From contig CAVBXG010000003.1 in assembly GCA_963599585.1 (NCBI GenBank), forward strand, positions 11,346 to 75,345: a stretch of DNA of 64,000 bases, written 5' to 3'. Positions 36,250 to 45,142 of this stretch are shown here, one piece after another. Position 1 is the first letter of the stretch. Every line of letters begins with the position of its first letter. A program made the translations under genes and the position numbers. Under the pieces are notes generated by a model. That model searched no databases and was not told where the DNA came from. It saw only the letters and a program-made list of their open reading frames with translations. The DNA comes from a bacterium. Lineage in GTDB: Bacteria; Spirochaetota; Spirochaetia; Treponematales; Treponemataceae.

Positions 36250-36277
36250 ATCCTACCCCCCCCCGTCGTTTTGTCAA
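36250..36277 (-). promoter_or_regulatory. Sigma70-type promoter TTGACA-N16-TAGGAT whose spacer contains a G9 tract; upstream of the 611-aa lipoprotein gene
   Basis: Minus strand reads TTGACA aaacgac GGGGGGGGG TAGGAT. The -35 is at 36277..36272, the spacer at 36271..36256 and the -10 at 36255..36250, about 107 nt upstream of the GTG start. Confidence 0.55.
36256..36264. repeat. Homopolymeric C9 (plus strand) / G9 (minus strand) tract
   Basis: Nine consecutive C read directly at 36256..36264. It is the only G/C homopolymer of this length I saw in the window. Confidence 0.95.
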
Positions 36278-36341
36278 GTATCTGTGGAAAAATGTTTAAA
36301 GAAACATGATTTTTTTTACTCTCCAGATAAAACTATTTTTT

Positions 36342-36369
36342 TTGACTTAAAAAAAATCTGCTGTAAAAT
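36342..36369 (+). promoter_or_regulatory. Sigma70-type promoter TTGACT-N16-TAAAAT for the TGS-kinase gene
   Basis: TTGACT at 36342..36347 and TAAAAT at 36364..36369, about 30 nt upstream of ATG 36400. Confidence 0.5.
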
Positions 36370-36399
36370 TGATTGTATCACAACTAAAGGCGGTGCTTT

Positions 36400-38058
36400 A
36401 TGAAAGACGAAAAACTAAAAATCACATATCCGGACGGAAAAACCATTGAAGTTGAAAAAGGAACTTCGGCTTCTGAGCTTGCAAAAAATTTCCAGAACAA
36501 CGGACAGGTTCTTGCGCTCCGCATGAACAACAAAATCTACTCGCTGGAAAAAATGATAAAATATTCGGCAAAAATCGAGCCGGTTTTCATAAACACAAAG
36601 GATGGCGCAAACATTTACCGCCGCTCGCTTTGCCTTCTGCTTGCAGCCGCGGCGCACAAACTCTACCCGGAATCCAAGCTTCTTGTCGGGCACAGCCTTG
36701 GTTACGGCTACTACTACACTTTTGGAAACGGAAACAAAATCTGCGATGAAAACATCTCTCTTATCGAAAAAGAAATGCAGAAAATGGTTCAGCAGGACAT
36801 TCCGATTGAAACAGAAACAATCTCCTACAACGAGGCGGTTTCCCTTTTTGAAAAGCTCGGTCTTGAAAAAACGCGCAAACAGCTGAATTTCATCGCTCCG
36901 CCACGAGTAAAAATCAATTCAATAGAAGATTTCAGCGACCTTTATTTTGGACCGCTTGTGCTTTCAACCGGCGTTTTAAAGACTTTCGCGCTAAAACCTT
37001 ATGGCGAAGGCTTCCTACTAAGGTTCCCGAACTCTTCTGACCACAGCAAACTCACAGAATTTGTTAACGAGCCTAAACTTTTTGAAATCTACAGCAAATA
37101 CAAAAAATGGGGACAAAGACTTGGAATCACTTCCGCCGCAGATTTGAACGAGCTTATCACAAAGCGGAAAATCAACGATTTTATCGATATAACCGAAACA
37201 TTCCAGGAAAAAAACATTGCGGAAATCGCAGACCAGATTGTGCAGAAAAAAACGGTGCGCGTCGTTCTTATTGCCGGTCCTTCTTCCTCCGGGAAAACAA
37301 CCACCTCAAAAAAACTCTCGCTTGAACTTCTTGCAATGGGCTACACGCCAAAAGTAATCAGCCTTGACAGCTATTATGTTGACCATTCGCGCACACCAAA
37401 AGATGAAAATGGAAATTTTGACTTTGAATGTCTGGAGGCACTTGACATTGAGCTTTTGAACCAGAATCTTGTTGACCTTTTTGCGGGAAAAGAAGTTATA
37501 GTTCCCACATACGATTTTCACAGCGGAACACAGACTTTTGATGAAAAAAACAAGATGAAGCTTGCAGAAAACGAGATTCTGATTATGGAAGGAATCCACG
37601 GACTGAATCCAAAACTTACGCCAAAAATTCCTGCTGAATATAAGTTCAAGATTTATCTTTCGGCATTGACACAACTGAACCTTGACGACCACAACCGCAT
37701 TCCTACAAGCAACAACCGCCTTATCCGCCGCATTGTCCGCGACTACCAGTTCCGCGGCAAATCCGCAGCCGGTACAATCGCGATGTGGCCAAGCGTTCAA
37801 AATGGCGAGCAGCTTCACATTTTTCCGTTCCAGAACAATGCGGATGCAGTTCTGAACACAGCACTGGACTACGAGCTTAGCGTGCTTAAGGTTTATGCAG
37901 AACCGCTTTTGCGCTGCGTAACTCCAAACGAGCCGGAATATTCTGAAGCGTGCATGCTGCTTTCTTTCCTGGATAATTTTGCAACAATCGCGCCGACTCA
38001 AGTTCCTGTCCGCTCAATAATCCGGGAATTTATAGGCGGCTCGGCGTTCCATTACTAA
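36400..38058 (+). CDS. Uridine/nucleoside kinase-family protein fused to N-terminal TGS and ThrRS-SAD-like domains
   Basis: N-terminal TGS-like KITYPDGKTIEVEKGTSASELA, then a ThrRS second-additional-domain-like segment (YRRSLCLLLAAAAHKLYP), then a P-loop kinase (VVLIAGPSSSGKTTTSKKL...EGIHGLNP). Confidence 0.75.
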   Translation: MKDEKLKITYPDGKTIEVEKGTSASELAKNFQNNGQVLALRMNNKIYSLEKMIKYSAKIEPVFINTKDGANIYRRSLCLLLAAAAHKLYPESKLLVGHSLGYGYYYTFGNGNKICDENISLIEKEMQKMVQQDIPIETETISYNEAVSLFEKLGLEKTRKQLNFIAPPRVKINSIEDFSDLYFGPLVLSTGVLKTFALKPYGEGFLLRFPNSSDHSKLTEFVNEPKLFEIYSKYKKWGQRLGITSAADLNELITKRKINDFIDITETFQEKNIAEIADQIVQKKTVRVVLIAGPSSSGKTTTSKKLSLELLAMGYTPKVISLDSYYVDHSRTPKDENGNFDFECLEALDIELLNQNLVDLFAGKEVIVPTYDFHSGTQTFDEKNKMKLAENEILIMEGIHGLNPKLTPKIPAEYKFKIYLSALTQLNLDDHNRIPTSNNRLIRRIVRDYQFRGKSAAGTIAMWPSVQNGEQLHIFPFQNNADAVLNTALDYELSVLKVYAEPLLRCVTPNEPEYSEACMLLSFLDNFATIAPTQVPVRSIIREFIGGSAFHY

Positions 38059-38504
38059 TCATCGTTGTCTTTTGAATGTTCACGGGCATATTTTGCGGAG
38101 ACAATTCCACCGATAACTTTTGCCTGTTTTCGTTTTTGGGCGGCTTTGAAATCTTCTTTTTGAAAATCCCGGAGCCGCTCAAGCGAATCAACGCTCTGCA
38201 TTATTTTTTTCAGGATTTCGCGTTTCTGCCCGGAAACAATTTTTGCCTTTGCCATTTCCTTAAAAAGAAATTCGCTCTGGTTACGCACAAAAACCGAAAA
38301 ATTGTTCGCCGCAACAATCTGATTAAAATCTTTTGTGTTTTTTACAGACTGCTGCATTGAGTTTTTTTGTTCCGCAAGCAAATCAAGCTTGTCCTGAATC
38401 TCTTTTTCAGCCGCAAGGGCTTTTCCAAGTTCATTTTCAGCCTGAGTCTGCTCAAATTTCTTGGCTTCAAGAATATCCTGAAGCTCAAACTTAAATTTCG
38501 TCAT
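38055..38504 (-). CDS. fliJ: Flagellar export chaperone FliJ
   Basis: 149-aa coiled-coil protein immediately downstream of fliI. Position and composition are typical of FliJ. Confidence 0.65.
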   Translation of the reverse strand: MTKFKFELQDILEAKKFEQTQAENELGKALAAEKEIQDKLDLLAEQKNSMQQSVKNTKDFNQIVAANNFSVFVRNQSEFLFKEMAKAKIVSGQKREILKKIMQSVDSLERLRDFQKEDFKAAQKRKQAKVIGGIVSAKYAREHSKDNDD

Positions 38505-38516
38505 TTTCTACAGATT

Positions 38517-39887
38517 TCAGGAAGTTTCTTTTTCAAGATTCGGGGCTTCAACGTACTCTTCTTTTGGAATTTCAATGCCGGAAACAACGCTGAGTTTATT
38601 CAAAGTGTCTTCCATCGTGCATTTTTCGTATTCATCCTGCTTCAGGAATTCCTCAATCTCATCGTATTTGTCAATCGCCTCATCAATCGCAGGAGAATCG
38701 CCCTTTGTGTACATTCCAGAATTTATCATCAGCGCATTGTTCTGGTACAAAGCCATAAGTCCTCGGATTCTTGCATACGCTTTTTTTGTGGCAGGACCTG
38801 TAACGCGGCGCTGCAATCGGCTTATGGAAGGCAAAACATCCACTGCAGGATAATGATACGCCGACGCAAGTTTTCTGCTAAGAACTATATGTCCGTCCAG
38901 AACACCACGAACGCAGTCAGCAATCGGGTCATCCATATCATCGCCATCAACAAGAACGGCATAAAACGCCGTTATAGTTCCTTTTTCGCTTGTTCCAGTC
39001 CGTTCCATCAAAGCCGGAATCATACTGTAGACACTTGCCGGGTATCCGCTTGCTGTCGGAGGCTCTCCGTTTGCAATTCCAATCTCAAGCTGGGCTTTTG
39101 CAAAGCGGGTAACGTTATCAACCATCATAAAGACATCTTTTCCCTGATCGCGGAAATATTCAGCAATCGCGGTACAGACATAAGCCGCCCTAAGACGGCA
39201 AATCGCAGGCTGATCGCCGGTTGCAACAACAACAACAGAACGTTTCATTCCCTCTTTTCCAAGGTCATTGTTTATAAAATCAAGGACCTCTCGGTTTCGT
39301 TCGCCAATAAGACCTACAACATTTATCTCCGCATCAGTATTCCGAGCAATCATTCCAAGCAAAGTTGATTTTCCTACGCCAGAACCGGCAAAAATTCCGA
39401 TTCGCTGCCCTTTTCCGCAGGTAAGCATCGCATCAATTGAACGAACGCCAGTTGTAATCCGCCTGTTTATCGGCTTTTTCTTCATCGGATCGGTCGGAAC
39501 ATTCAGAGCAGGATAATACGTTTCTGGAACAAGTTCCCCCAGCCCGTCGCAAGGTTTTCCAGTCGCATCAATCGTTCTGCCAAGAAGAGACATTCCAACC
39601 GGCACCTGAAGCGTTTTTCCAGAGCCTACAACTTCAGCTCCAATCTCAATTCCTTCTGTGTCGCCATAAGGAGTCAAAAAAACCTCTTTTTTGTTAAGTC
39701 CTACAACTTCGGCAAAAATTTCTTTTCCATTCTTGAATTTTATTGTGCAGATTTCACCGATTTGCGCTACAGGTCCGTTGCTGACAATCTGCTTTCCGCT
39801 TACCGCAGAAACATAACCTATGTACGCAATCGGGTCAAAAGAAGAGACTGTTTCTATATATTTTGAAAAGTTGAATTCCATAATCAC
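38517..39887 (-). CDS. fliI: Flagellum-specific ATPase FliI
   Basis: Walker A GIFAGSGVGKSTLLGMI and Walker B FMMVDNVTRFA; F1/T3SS ATPase pattern. Confidence 0.95.
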   Translation of the reverse strand: MIMEFNFSKYIETVSSFDPIAYIGYVSAVSGKQIVSNGPVAQIGEICTIKFKNGKEIFAEVVGLNKKEVFLTPYGDTEGIEIGAEVVGSGKTLQVPVGMSLLGRTIDATGKPCDGLGELVPETYYPALNVPTDPMKKKPINRRITTGVRSIDAMLTCGKGQRIGIFAGSGVGKSTLLGMIARNTDAEINVVGLIGERNREVLDFINNDLGKEGMKRSVVVVATGDQPAICRLRAAYVCTAIAEYFRDQGKDVFMMVDNVTRFAKAQLEIGIANGEPPTASGYPASVYSMIPALMERTGTSEKGTITAFYAVLVDGDDMDDPIADCVRGVLDGHIVLSRKLASAYHYPAVDVLPSISRLQRRVTGPATKKAYARIRGLMALYQNNALMINSGMYTKGDSPAIDEAIDKYDEIEEFLKQDEYEKCTMEDTLNKLSVVSGIEIPKEEYVEAPNLEKETS

Positions 39888-40822
39888 TCCGCGGAAGGAA
39901 TGCCTGTATTCTTTTTGATTGATTTTACAGGGGAGATTTCCATAATTTTGTCTTCAAGCTCGTTAAGCTGGCTTGAAATCCGCGCATCAATCGCGCCAAA
40001 ATCTGTCTCAACAATACATCCGCCTTTTTCAACTGTAGAATCCTCAACAACAGTGATTCCCTGGATATTTTCAACGCGCTTTATAAATTCATCAACATTC
40101 GCTGTTGCAAGCCGCAAATCCTCAAGGTTCACATGAAGAGTAACAACTCCGCGGGTTTTTACTTTTTTAAGTGCGGCAAGAACATTGCTCATAATCGTTG
40201 TCTTCTGGGTTTCAGAGATGATTTTCACAACTTTTCGGGTCATAAGAATCACAAGCTCAACAATCTGCTGCTCGGTTTCCTTTAGAATTTCTTCACGGCG
40301 GAGCATAACTGCCTCTACCATTTTGTGGAGACGCTCAACAAGCCTGCTGATTTCCGCCTCGCCGGTTGAATAGCCTTCATCATGCCCCTGCTTGAAGCCT
40401 TCATCTTTTGCGCCAGATTTTATTTTCTGCTCTTCAGAGTGCGCATCCTGAATTATTTTTTCAGCATCAGCTTTTGCCTTTGCAATTATTTCTTCCGCTT
40501 CCTTCTGGGCATCAGCCTTTAAAACCGCGGCTTCATCAGTCTGACGTTTTACCTCCGCAAAAGCCGCATCCTTAGCGTTTTTTACAATCTCATCAGCCTG
40601 GGCGTTCGCCTCTTCCAGAAGATGCTGCTTTTCAATTTCCCAGCCTTGACGGAACGCCTCCGCCTCTTTTCTTAAATCTTCCGCGCTAGGTCCTTGATAG
40701 ACTTCCTCAACAACTTCCGGTTTTTCCTCGTGCGGTCTGTAGTCGTGAAGCAGCGGAAGCGTGAACTTTTTTTCATTGTCTTTTACTTTTATTTCATTCG
40801 GTCTGAAAACTTGCTTAGCCAT
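39884..40822 (-). CDS. fliH: Flagellar assembly protein FliH
   Basis: 312 aa with an E/K/A-rich helical N-terminal half and a C-terminal FliH domain (GGCIVETDFGAIDARISSQL). It lies between fliG and fliI. Confidence 0.75.
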   Translation of the reverse strand: MAKQVFRPNEIKVKDNEKKFTLPLLHDYRPHEEKPEVVEEVYQGPSAEDLRKEAEAFRQGWEIEKQHLLEEANAQADEIVKNAKDAAFAEVKRQTDEAAVLKADAQKEAEEIIAKAKADAEKIIQDAHSEEQKIKSGAKDEGFKQGHDEGYSTGEAEISRLVERLHKMVEAVMLRREEILKETEQQIVELVILMTRKVVKIISETQKTTIMSNVLAALKKVKTRGVVTLHVNLEDLRLATANVDEFIKRVENIQGITVVEDSTVEKGGCIVETDFGAIDARISSQLNELEDKIMEISPVKSIKKNTGIPSAE

Positions 40823-40851
40823 CTTACATTCCTACAATTTTTATAATTCTG

Positions 40852-41946
40852 CTACTGAACCAATTCGTCCTCGCCGGAGCGGGCAATAACGATTTCACCG
40901 GAATCTTCAAGACGTCGGATTGTGGAAACAATTTTCTGCTGGGCTTCCTCAACATCCTTCAATCGTACAGGTCCCATAAATTCCATATCTTCCTTTAACA
41001 TGCTTGCGGCACGTTTTGACATATTGCGGAATATCTTGTCCTGAACTTCTGTATCAACAGACTTGAGCGCCTTTGAAAGTTCCTGCGTATCGACCTCGCG
41101 GAGAACCTTCTGAATCGCACGGTCGTCGAGCATAACAATATCCTCGAAAACGAACATTCGTTTCTTGATTTCTTCCGCCAAATCCGGATCTTCTTCTTCC
41201 AAAGACTCGATAATCGCCTTTTCAGAAGAGCGGTCAACAAGGTTCAAGATTTCTACGATAGATTCAACACCACCGGCAGCTGTGTAGTCTTCGCTAGAAA
41301 GAGTTGAAAGTTTCTTTTCAAGGACGCGTTCAACCTCGCGCAATACATCCGGGGAAGTCCGGTCCATTGTGGCAAGTCGCTTTGAGACTTCCGGCTGCAT
41401 TTCTTCCGGAAGATTCTGCAGAATAATGGCAGCTTTTCCCGGCTCAAGATACGCAAGAATCAACGCGATTGTCTGCGGATATTCCTGCTGGATAAAGTTC
41501 AGCAAATGCGCAGGGTCTGTACGGCGGATAAAGTCGAACGGACGCACCTGCAAACTTGAAGTAAGCCGGTTTATAATATCAATCGCTTTCTGCGAACCCA
41601 ATGATTTTTCAAGGAGCTCACGCGCATAGTCAATACCACCTGTCGTGATAAAGTTCTGCGCATTCATCATTTCCTGAAATTCTTCAAGAACCGCGTCTTT
41701 ATATTCAGCGTCTACAGTTTCAAGCCGGGCAATTTCAAAAGTAAGAGTTTCAACTTCATCCTCGCGCAGATGCTTCATTACCTCAGCAGAAACATCTGAA
41801 CCCAAAGAAACAAGGAAAATCGCGGCTTTTTGGCGGCCGGTAAGGCTTTTGTAATCTTTTTTATCTTTCTTTGAAGAACCGGCAGGTTTCAAGCTGCCTG
41901 CCTTAGGAATCGGTTTTGGATTCGCCTTTGGTACATCGTCAGCCAT
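40852..41946 (-). CDS. fliG: Flagellar motor switch protein FliG
   Basis: LTGRQKAAIFLVSLG, EVSKRLATM and MFVFEDIVMLDDRAIQKVLREV motifs. Confidence 0.95.
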   Translation of the reverse strand: MADDVPKANPKPIPKAGSLKPAGSSKKDKKDYKSLTGRQKAAIFLVSLGSDVSAEVMKHLREDEVETLTFEIARLETVDAEYKDAVLEEFQEMMNAQNFITTGGIDYARELLEKSLGSQKAIDIINRLTSSLQVRPFDFIRRTDPAHLLNFIQQEYPQTIALILAYLEPGKAAIILQNLPEEMQPEVSKRLATMDRTSPDVLREVERVLEKKLSTLSSEDYTAAGGVESIVEILNLVDRSSEKAIIESLEEEDPDLAEEIKKRMFVFEDIVMLDDRAIQKVLREVDTQELSKALKSVDTEVQDKIFRNMSKRAASMLKEDMEFMGPVRLKDVEEAQQKIVSTIRRLEDSGEIVIARSGEDELVQ

Positions 41947-41949
41947 TTT

Positions 41950-43662
41950 CTACTCCTCCATAAGCCATGTTCTGATAAGCATAGCAACATCTTCTGGGTG
42001 TTCTTTTGCCATATTGATTGCATTTTCCTGAAGTTCAGCGCGGCGGCTTTCCTCAACAGACATTGTAACGGTCTGTGCCTCGTCTTTTGCTTCCCACAAA
42101 GCCTGTTCGCGGGCAAGCTGCTGCTGACGCAAAAGTTCTTCCTCGCGCGCGCGGCGGCGGCGTTCGATTTCCTTGCTGATAATACGGAAAAGAATAAATC
42201 CAATAAGAACAACTGCAACTGCGGCAAGCACAAGCAGAACTGTCCGCCTTGTCTGAAGTTTCTTGAAATAAGCCTCGTCAAATTCCCGGAATTCCTGGGT
42301 GTGGTCAATCGGAATATTTGTGATTGTAACCATATCGTTGCGGTTTTTGCTGTAGCCAACAGCCGCCTCAACGTATTTCTGGATTTTATCAAGGTCATCG
42401 GATGAAATCGGCGTGTATTCCCGCACAAGACTTCCATCCTCATCATTTATAAGATACTCATGCGTTTTCGGGTCTTTCTTAAGCCGCCATACGCCATCAA
42501 TATTCGCAGAGATTGTGATACGACCAAGCTGAGGGGCAACTTTTTCCGTCGTATGAGTTGTATTTATCACATTGTTCTGGGTAACGCCCGTCTCGGTTGA
42601 TTTTCCAATCACATTTGAGACATCAGAATAAACCGGCGGCGTCTGGCCTTCAACACCAGCAGGACCTTCCGGATTATAACCAGTTCCCTGCCATTCTTTT
42701 GTAACAGTCTGCTGGCTTATCGGCAAAGTGTCGCGGTATTCAGAATCATCGTAAGGCGTGTCCGGGTTGTCAGGCTTAATCTGAATAGGCGAATAAATTG
42801 TGGAGTCGCTGTTTTTTTCAGACATATCCATTTCGTAATGAACGATAACATCTGTGATTCTGTCCGAAGTATAATTATGCTGAAGGGCTGTCAGAACCTT
42901 CGCCTCCAGCTGCGCTTCCATTTTGCGGATAAGTTTCTGCTGCTTTTCAATTATTGAAACGCGGTCGCTTTCCGCCATTCCCTCAAAATCGTTTAAAATA
43001 TTTCCATCTTGATCAATAATTGTAAGGTTTTCCGCGGAAAGTCCTTCCACAGCCTTTAGAATATAGTCCTGGATTCCCTTTACTTTTCTTCTGTTTGTAA
43101 GAAGGTCGCTTGTTCTTGAAAGCCTGAGAGCAATACTTGCGGAAACAGGATTCTGCTCAGAAGCAAAAAGAGCCTTGTCCGGCAAAACCAAAGTAACAAA
43201 TGCAACGTCAATGTCAGAAAGAGACTCAAGATGCTGCTTCAACGCTGCAGAAAGCGCATTTTTATGCCTTACATTCTGCTCCGCATCAGTTGTGGACCAC
43301 GAACGGTTATAAAAATCTGCAAACGGATCATAATTTGAAGGAGCAAGACCTTCTACTGTCAAAAGAGTTCTAAGACGGCGCGCAGTTTTCTCATCATTTA
43401 CAGAAATAACGCCTTCATCATTTACGTAAACCTGGACATTTTCCTGCGCAACACGGTCAAGAATCTGGTTTCTTACAGATTCATCGGTTACAGCCTGCGG
43501 AAAAAGCCTTACAGTAGAGTCAGAACCGCTTACGTTGACGGCAAAAATAATAGCGCCAATCACTGCAAGCGCAATACCGACAACAACAACTTTTACAATG
43601 ACTGAACTTGACTTCCAGAAATTCCGGATTTTTTCAATCACATTCTTAAACCATTCGTTCAT
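41950..43662 (-). CDS. fliF: Flagellar M-ring protein FliF
   Basis: N- and C-terminal TM helices flank a large periplasmic region. ATG 43662 is preceded by GGGAGGGG. Confidence 0.9.
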   Translation of the reverse strand: MNEWFKNVIEKIRNFWKSSSVIVKVVVVGIALAVIGAIIFAVNVSGSDSTVRLFPQAVTDESVRNQILDRVAQENVQVYVNDEGVISVNDEKTARRLRTLLTVEGLAPSNYDPFADFYNRSWSTTDAEQNVRHKNALSAALKQHLESLSDIDVAFVTLVLPDKALFASEQNPVSASIALRLSRTSDLLTNRRKVKGIQDYILKAVEGLSAENLTIIDQDGNILNDFEGMAESDRVSIIEKQQKLIRKMEAQLEAKVLTALQHNYTSDRITDVIVHYEMDMSEKNSDSTIYSPIQIKPDNPDTPYDDSEYRDTLPISQQTVTKEWQGTGYNPEGPAGVEGQTPPVYSDVSNVIGKSTETGVTQNNVINTTHTTEKVAPQLGRITISANIDGVWRLKKDPKTHEYLINDEDGSLVREYTPISSDDLDKIQKYVEAAVGYSKNRNDMVTITNIPIDHTQEFREFDEAYFKKLQTRRTVLLVLAAVAVVLIGFILFRIISKEIERRRRAREEELLRQQQLAREQALWEAKDEAQTVTMSVEESRRAELQENAINMAKEHPEDVAMLIRTWLMEE

Positions 43663-43744
43663 CAGTCCCCTCCCGTGAACGAGCAAAAACAATTATTTTA
43701 GTGAGTTATTTTAACATATAATACAAATTCTGAAAAGCAAGATT

Positions 43745-44083
43745 TTAGCGTGTCGTTGTAATTTCTGACCATCCGCTTACAATTCTGTCAATAACCGAAT
43801 TTGCAAGGTTCAGGGACATACGCGCTTTTGCCATTGCGATTGTAACATCGTGAAGGTCAACTGACTCCGGGTCTGTCACAACTTTCTGCTGAAGCTCGCT
43901 CACCTCAATCTGCTGGTTGTTCATGCTCTGAAAAGCCTGAAGCAAATAATCGCCGAACGAAGCCGATGCCTTTGAGATGCTGTTCTTTGCGGAATTTTCC
44001 TGAGTTAATCCTAAAGTTGTCTTTCCTGTGTGCGCAGTTTCTGTTCTAGTCAGCTGCAATGAATTGAATTCTGGTATTTTCAT
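43745..44083 (-). CDS. fliE: Flagellar hook-basal body complex protein FliE
   Basis: 112 aa with a C-terminal DLHDVTIAMAKARMSLNLANSVIDRIVSGWSEI typical of FliE. Confidence 0.8.
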   Translation of the reverse strand: MKIPEFNSLQLTRTETAHTGKTTLGLTQENSAKNSISKASASFGDYLLQAFQSMNNQQIEVSELQQKVVTDPESVDLHDVTIAMAKARMSLNLANSVIDRIVSGWSEITTTR

Positions 44084-44102
44084 TTTTCCTCACCCAGCTA
44101 AA

Positions 44103-44131
44103 ATTTTACATCGCCTTGGGAATACTGTCAA
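44103..44131 (-). promoter_or_regulatory. Sigma70-type promoter TTGACA-N17-TAAAAT in the flgC-fliE gap
   Basis: The -35 is at 44131..44126 and the -10 at 44108..44103, about 20 nt upstream of the fliE ATG (RBS GGTGAGGA). Confidence 0.45.
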
Positions 44132-44171
44132 TTAACTAACTGTAAACTTTGTAAAACATTAGCTAAAACAG

Positions 44172-44633
44172 CTAGCGGGAACCTATTTCCAGCGCGGCGG
44201 AGAACATACTTTTCGAGCCTTCTACAACTGTGGAATTCGCCTCGTATGCGCGGCTTGCGGAAATAAGATCGACCATTTCATTCACGATATTAACGTTCGG
44301 GTATTCAACATAGCCTGCGTTCGGACCTGATTTTATGGCATCCGGATGCTCCGGGTCGTAAACAAGACGACCTTCTGAAGTGTCTTTTACAATCTCAAGG
44401 ACTTTTACGCCTTTTCCAGGACCGTTATCCAAATCTGATGGAGTGAACGGAGAGCGGAACTGCGGATGGCTTGCGCTTACCGGCTCAAAAACCACGCGGG
44501 AACGTTTAAAAGCTCCGCCTTCCTGGGTTCTTGTTGTTGAAGCGTTTGCTATATTGTTTGAAATAACATCTGTTCTAAGGCGTTCTGCAGACATTCCTGT
44601 TGCAGCAATATTTATTGAAGTAAAAAGACCCAT
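44172..44633 (-). CDS. flgC: Flagellar basal-body rod protein FlgC
   Basis: INIAATGMSAERLRTDVISNNIANASTT N-terminal rod motif and C-terminal MVDLISASRAYEAN. Confidence 0.9.
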   Translation of the reverse strand: MGLFTSINIAATGMSAERLRTDVISNNIANASTTRTQEGGAFKRSRVVFEPVSASHPQFRSPFTPSDLDNGPGKGVKVLEIVKDTSEGRLVYDPEHPDAIKSGPNAGYVEYPNVNIVNEMVDLISASRAYEANSTVVEGSKSMFSAALEIGSR

Positions 44634-44659
44634 ATCAAGCTCCTATAAAAATCACGCAA

Positions 44660-45076
44660 TTATTTTTTCATTACAGAATTAATCTGAGAAAATTCAAAGC
44701 CTGTAAGCTGGCTAAGAAGTCTGTACTGCATCTGAATCTGAAGGATATTGTTCGCCTCTGTCTCGGCATCAACATTGTTTCCGTTTGCTTTTGCAGTTGT
44801 TGTATAATCAAGGACGCGACGAGGCTCTACATCTCTGTAGTCGTATGGTTCATTCAAAGGAATATGACGGGAATCTGTGCGAGTAAGCTGAAAACCGTTT
44901 TTCGCCTTTTCTTCTGATGCAAAGGCGCGTTTCAGCTCGCTTTCAAAATTTACTGTGGAACGTTTGAAATTTGGAACTTCGCTGTTCGCAAGATTGTTCG
45001 CCGTAACCTGATAGCGCAGGGAAAGCACATCCATTGAACGTTGAAGCATATCGACAGATCTTGTAAATGTATTCAT
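44660..45076 (-). CDS. flgB: Flagellar basal-body rod protein FlgB
   Basis: LRYQVTANNLANSEVPNFKR rod motif. ATG 45076 is preceded by AAGAAGGA. Confidence 0.9.
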   Translation of the reverse strand: MNTFTRSVDMLQRSMDVLSLRYQVTANNLANSEVPNFKRSTVNFESELKRAFASEEKAKNGFQLTRTDSRHIPLNEPYDYRDVEPRRVLDYTTTAKANGNNVDAETEANNILQIQMQYRLLSQLTGFEFSQINSVMKK

Positions 45077-45142
45077 ATTCTTGTCCTTCTTACTAGATTT
45101 TCGGAAAGACAAAAAATATGTTTAGCAAAATCTGCCTGAAAC

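Noticed and set aside
37306-38001. 231-aa minus-strand ORF antisense to the TGS-kinase gene
   Set aside because: The sense-strand product has clear P-loop kinase motifs. The antisense translation is low-complexity with no family resemblance.
38367-39368. 333-aa plus-strand ORF antisense to fliJ/fliI
   Set aside because: Same reasoning. It overlaps the Walker-motif region of FliI on the other strand, its composition is R/F/C/N-rich, and it has no start context.
39466-39473. Second GCCGATAA (minus strand), a possible sigma28 -10 box
   Set aside because: It lies inside fliI coding sequence (codons K-K-P-I-N). There is no TAAA at 15-16 nt upstream.
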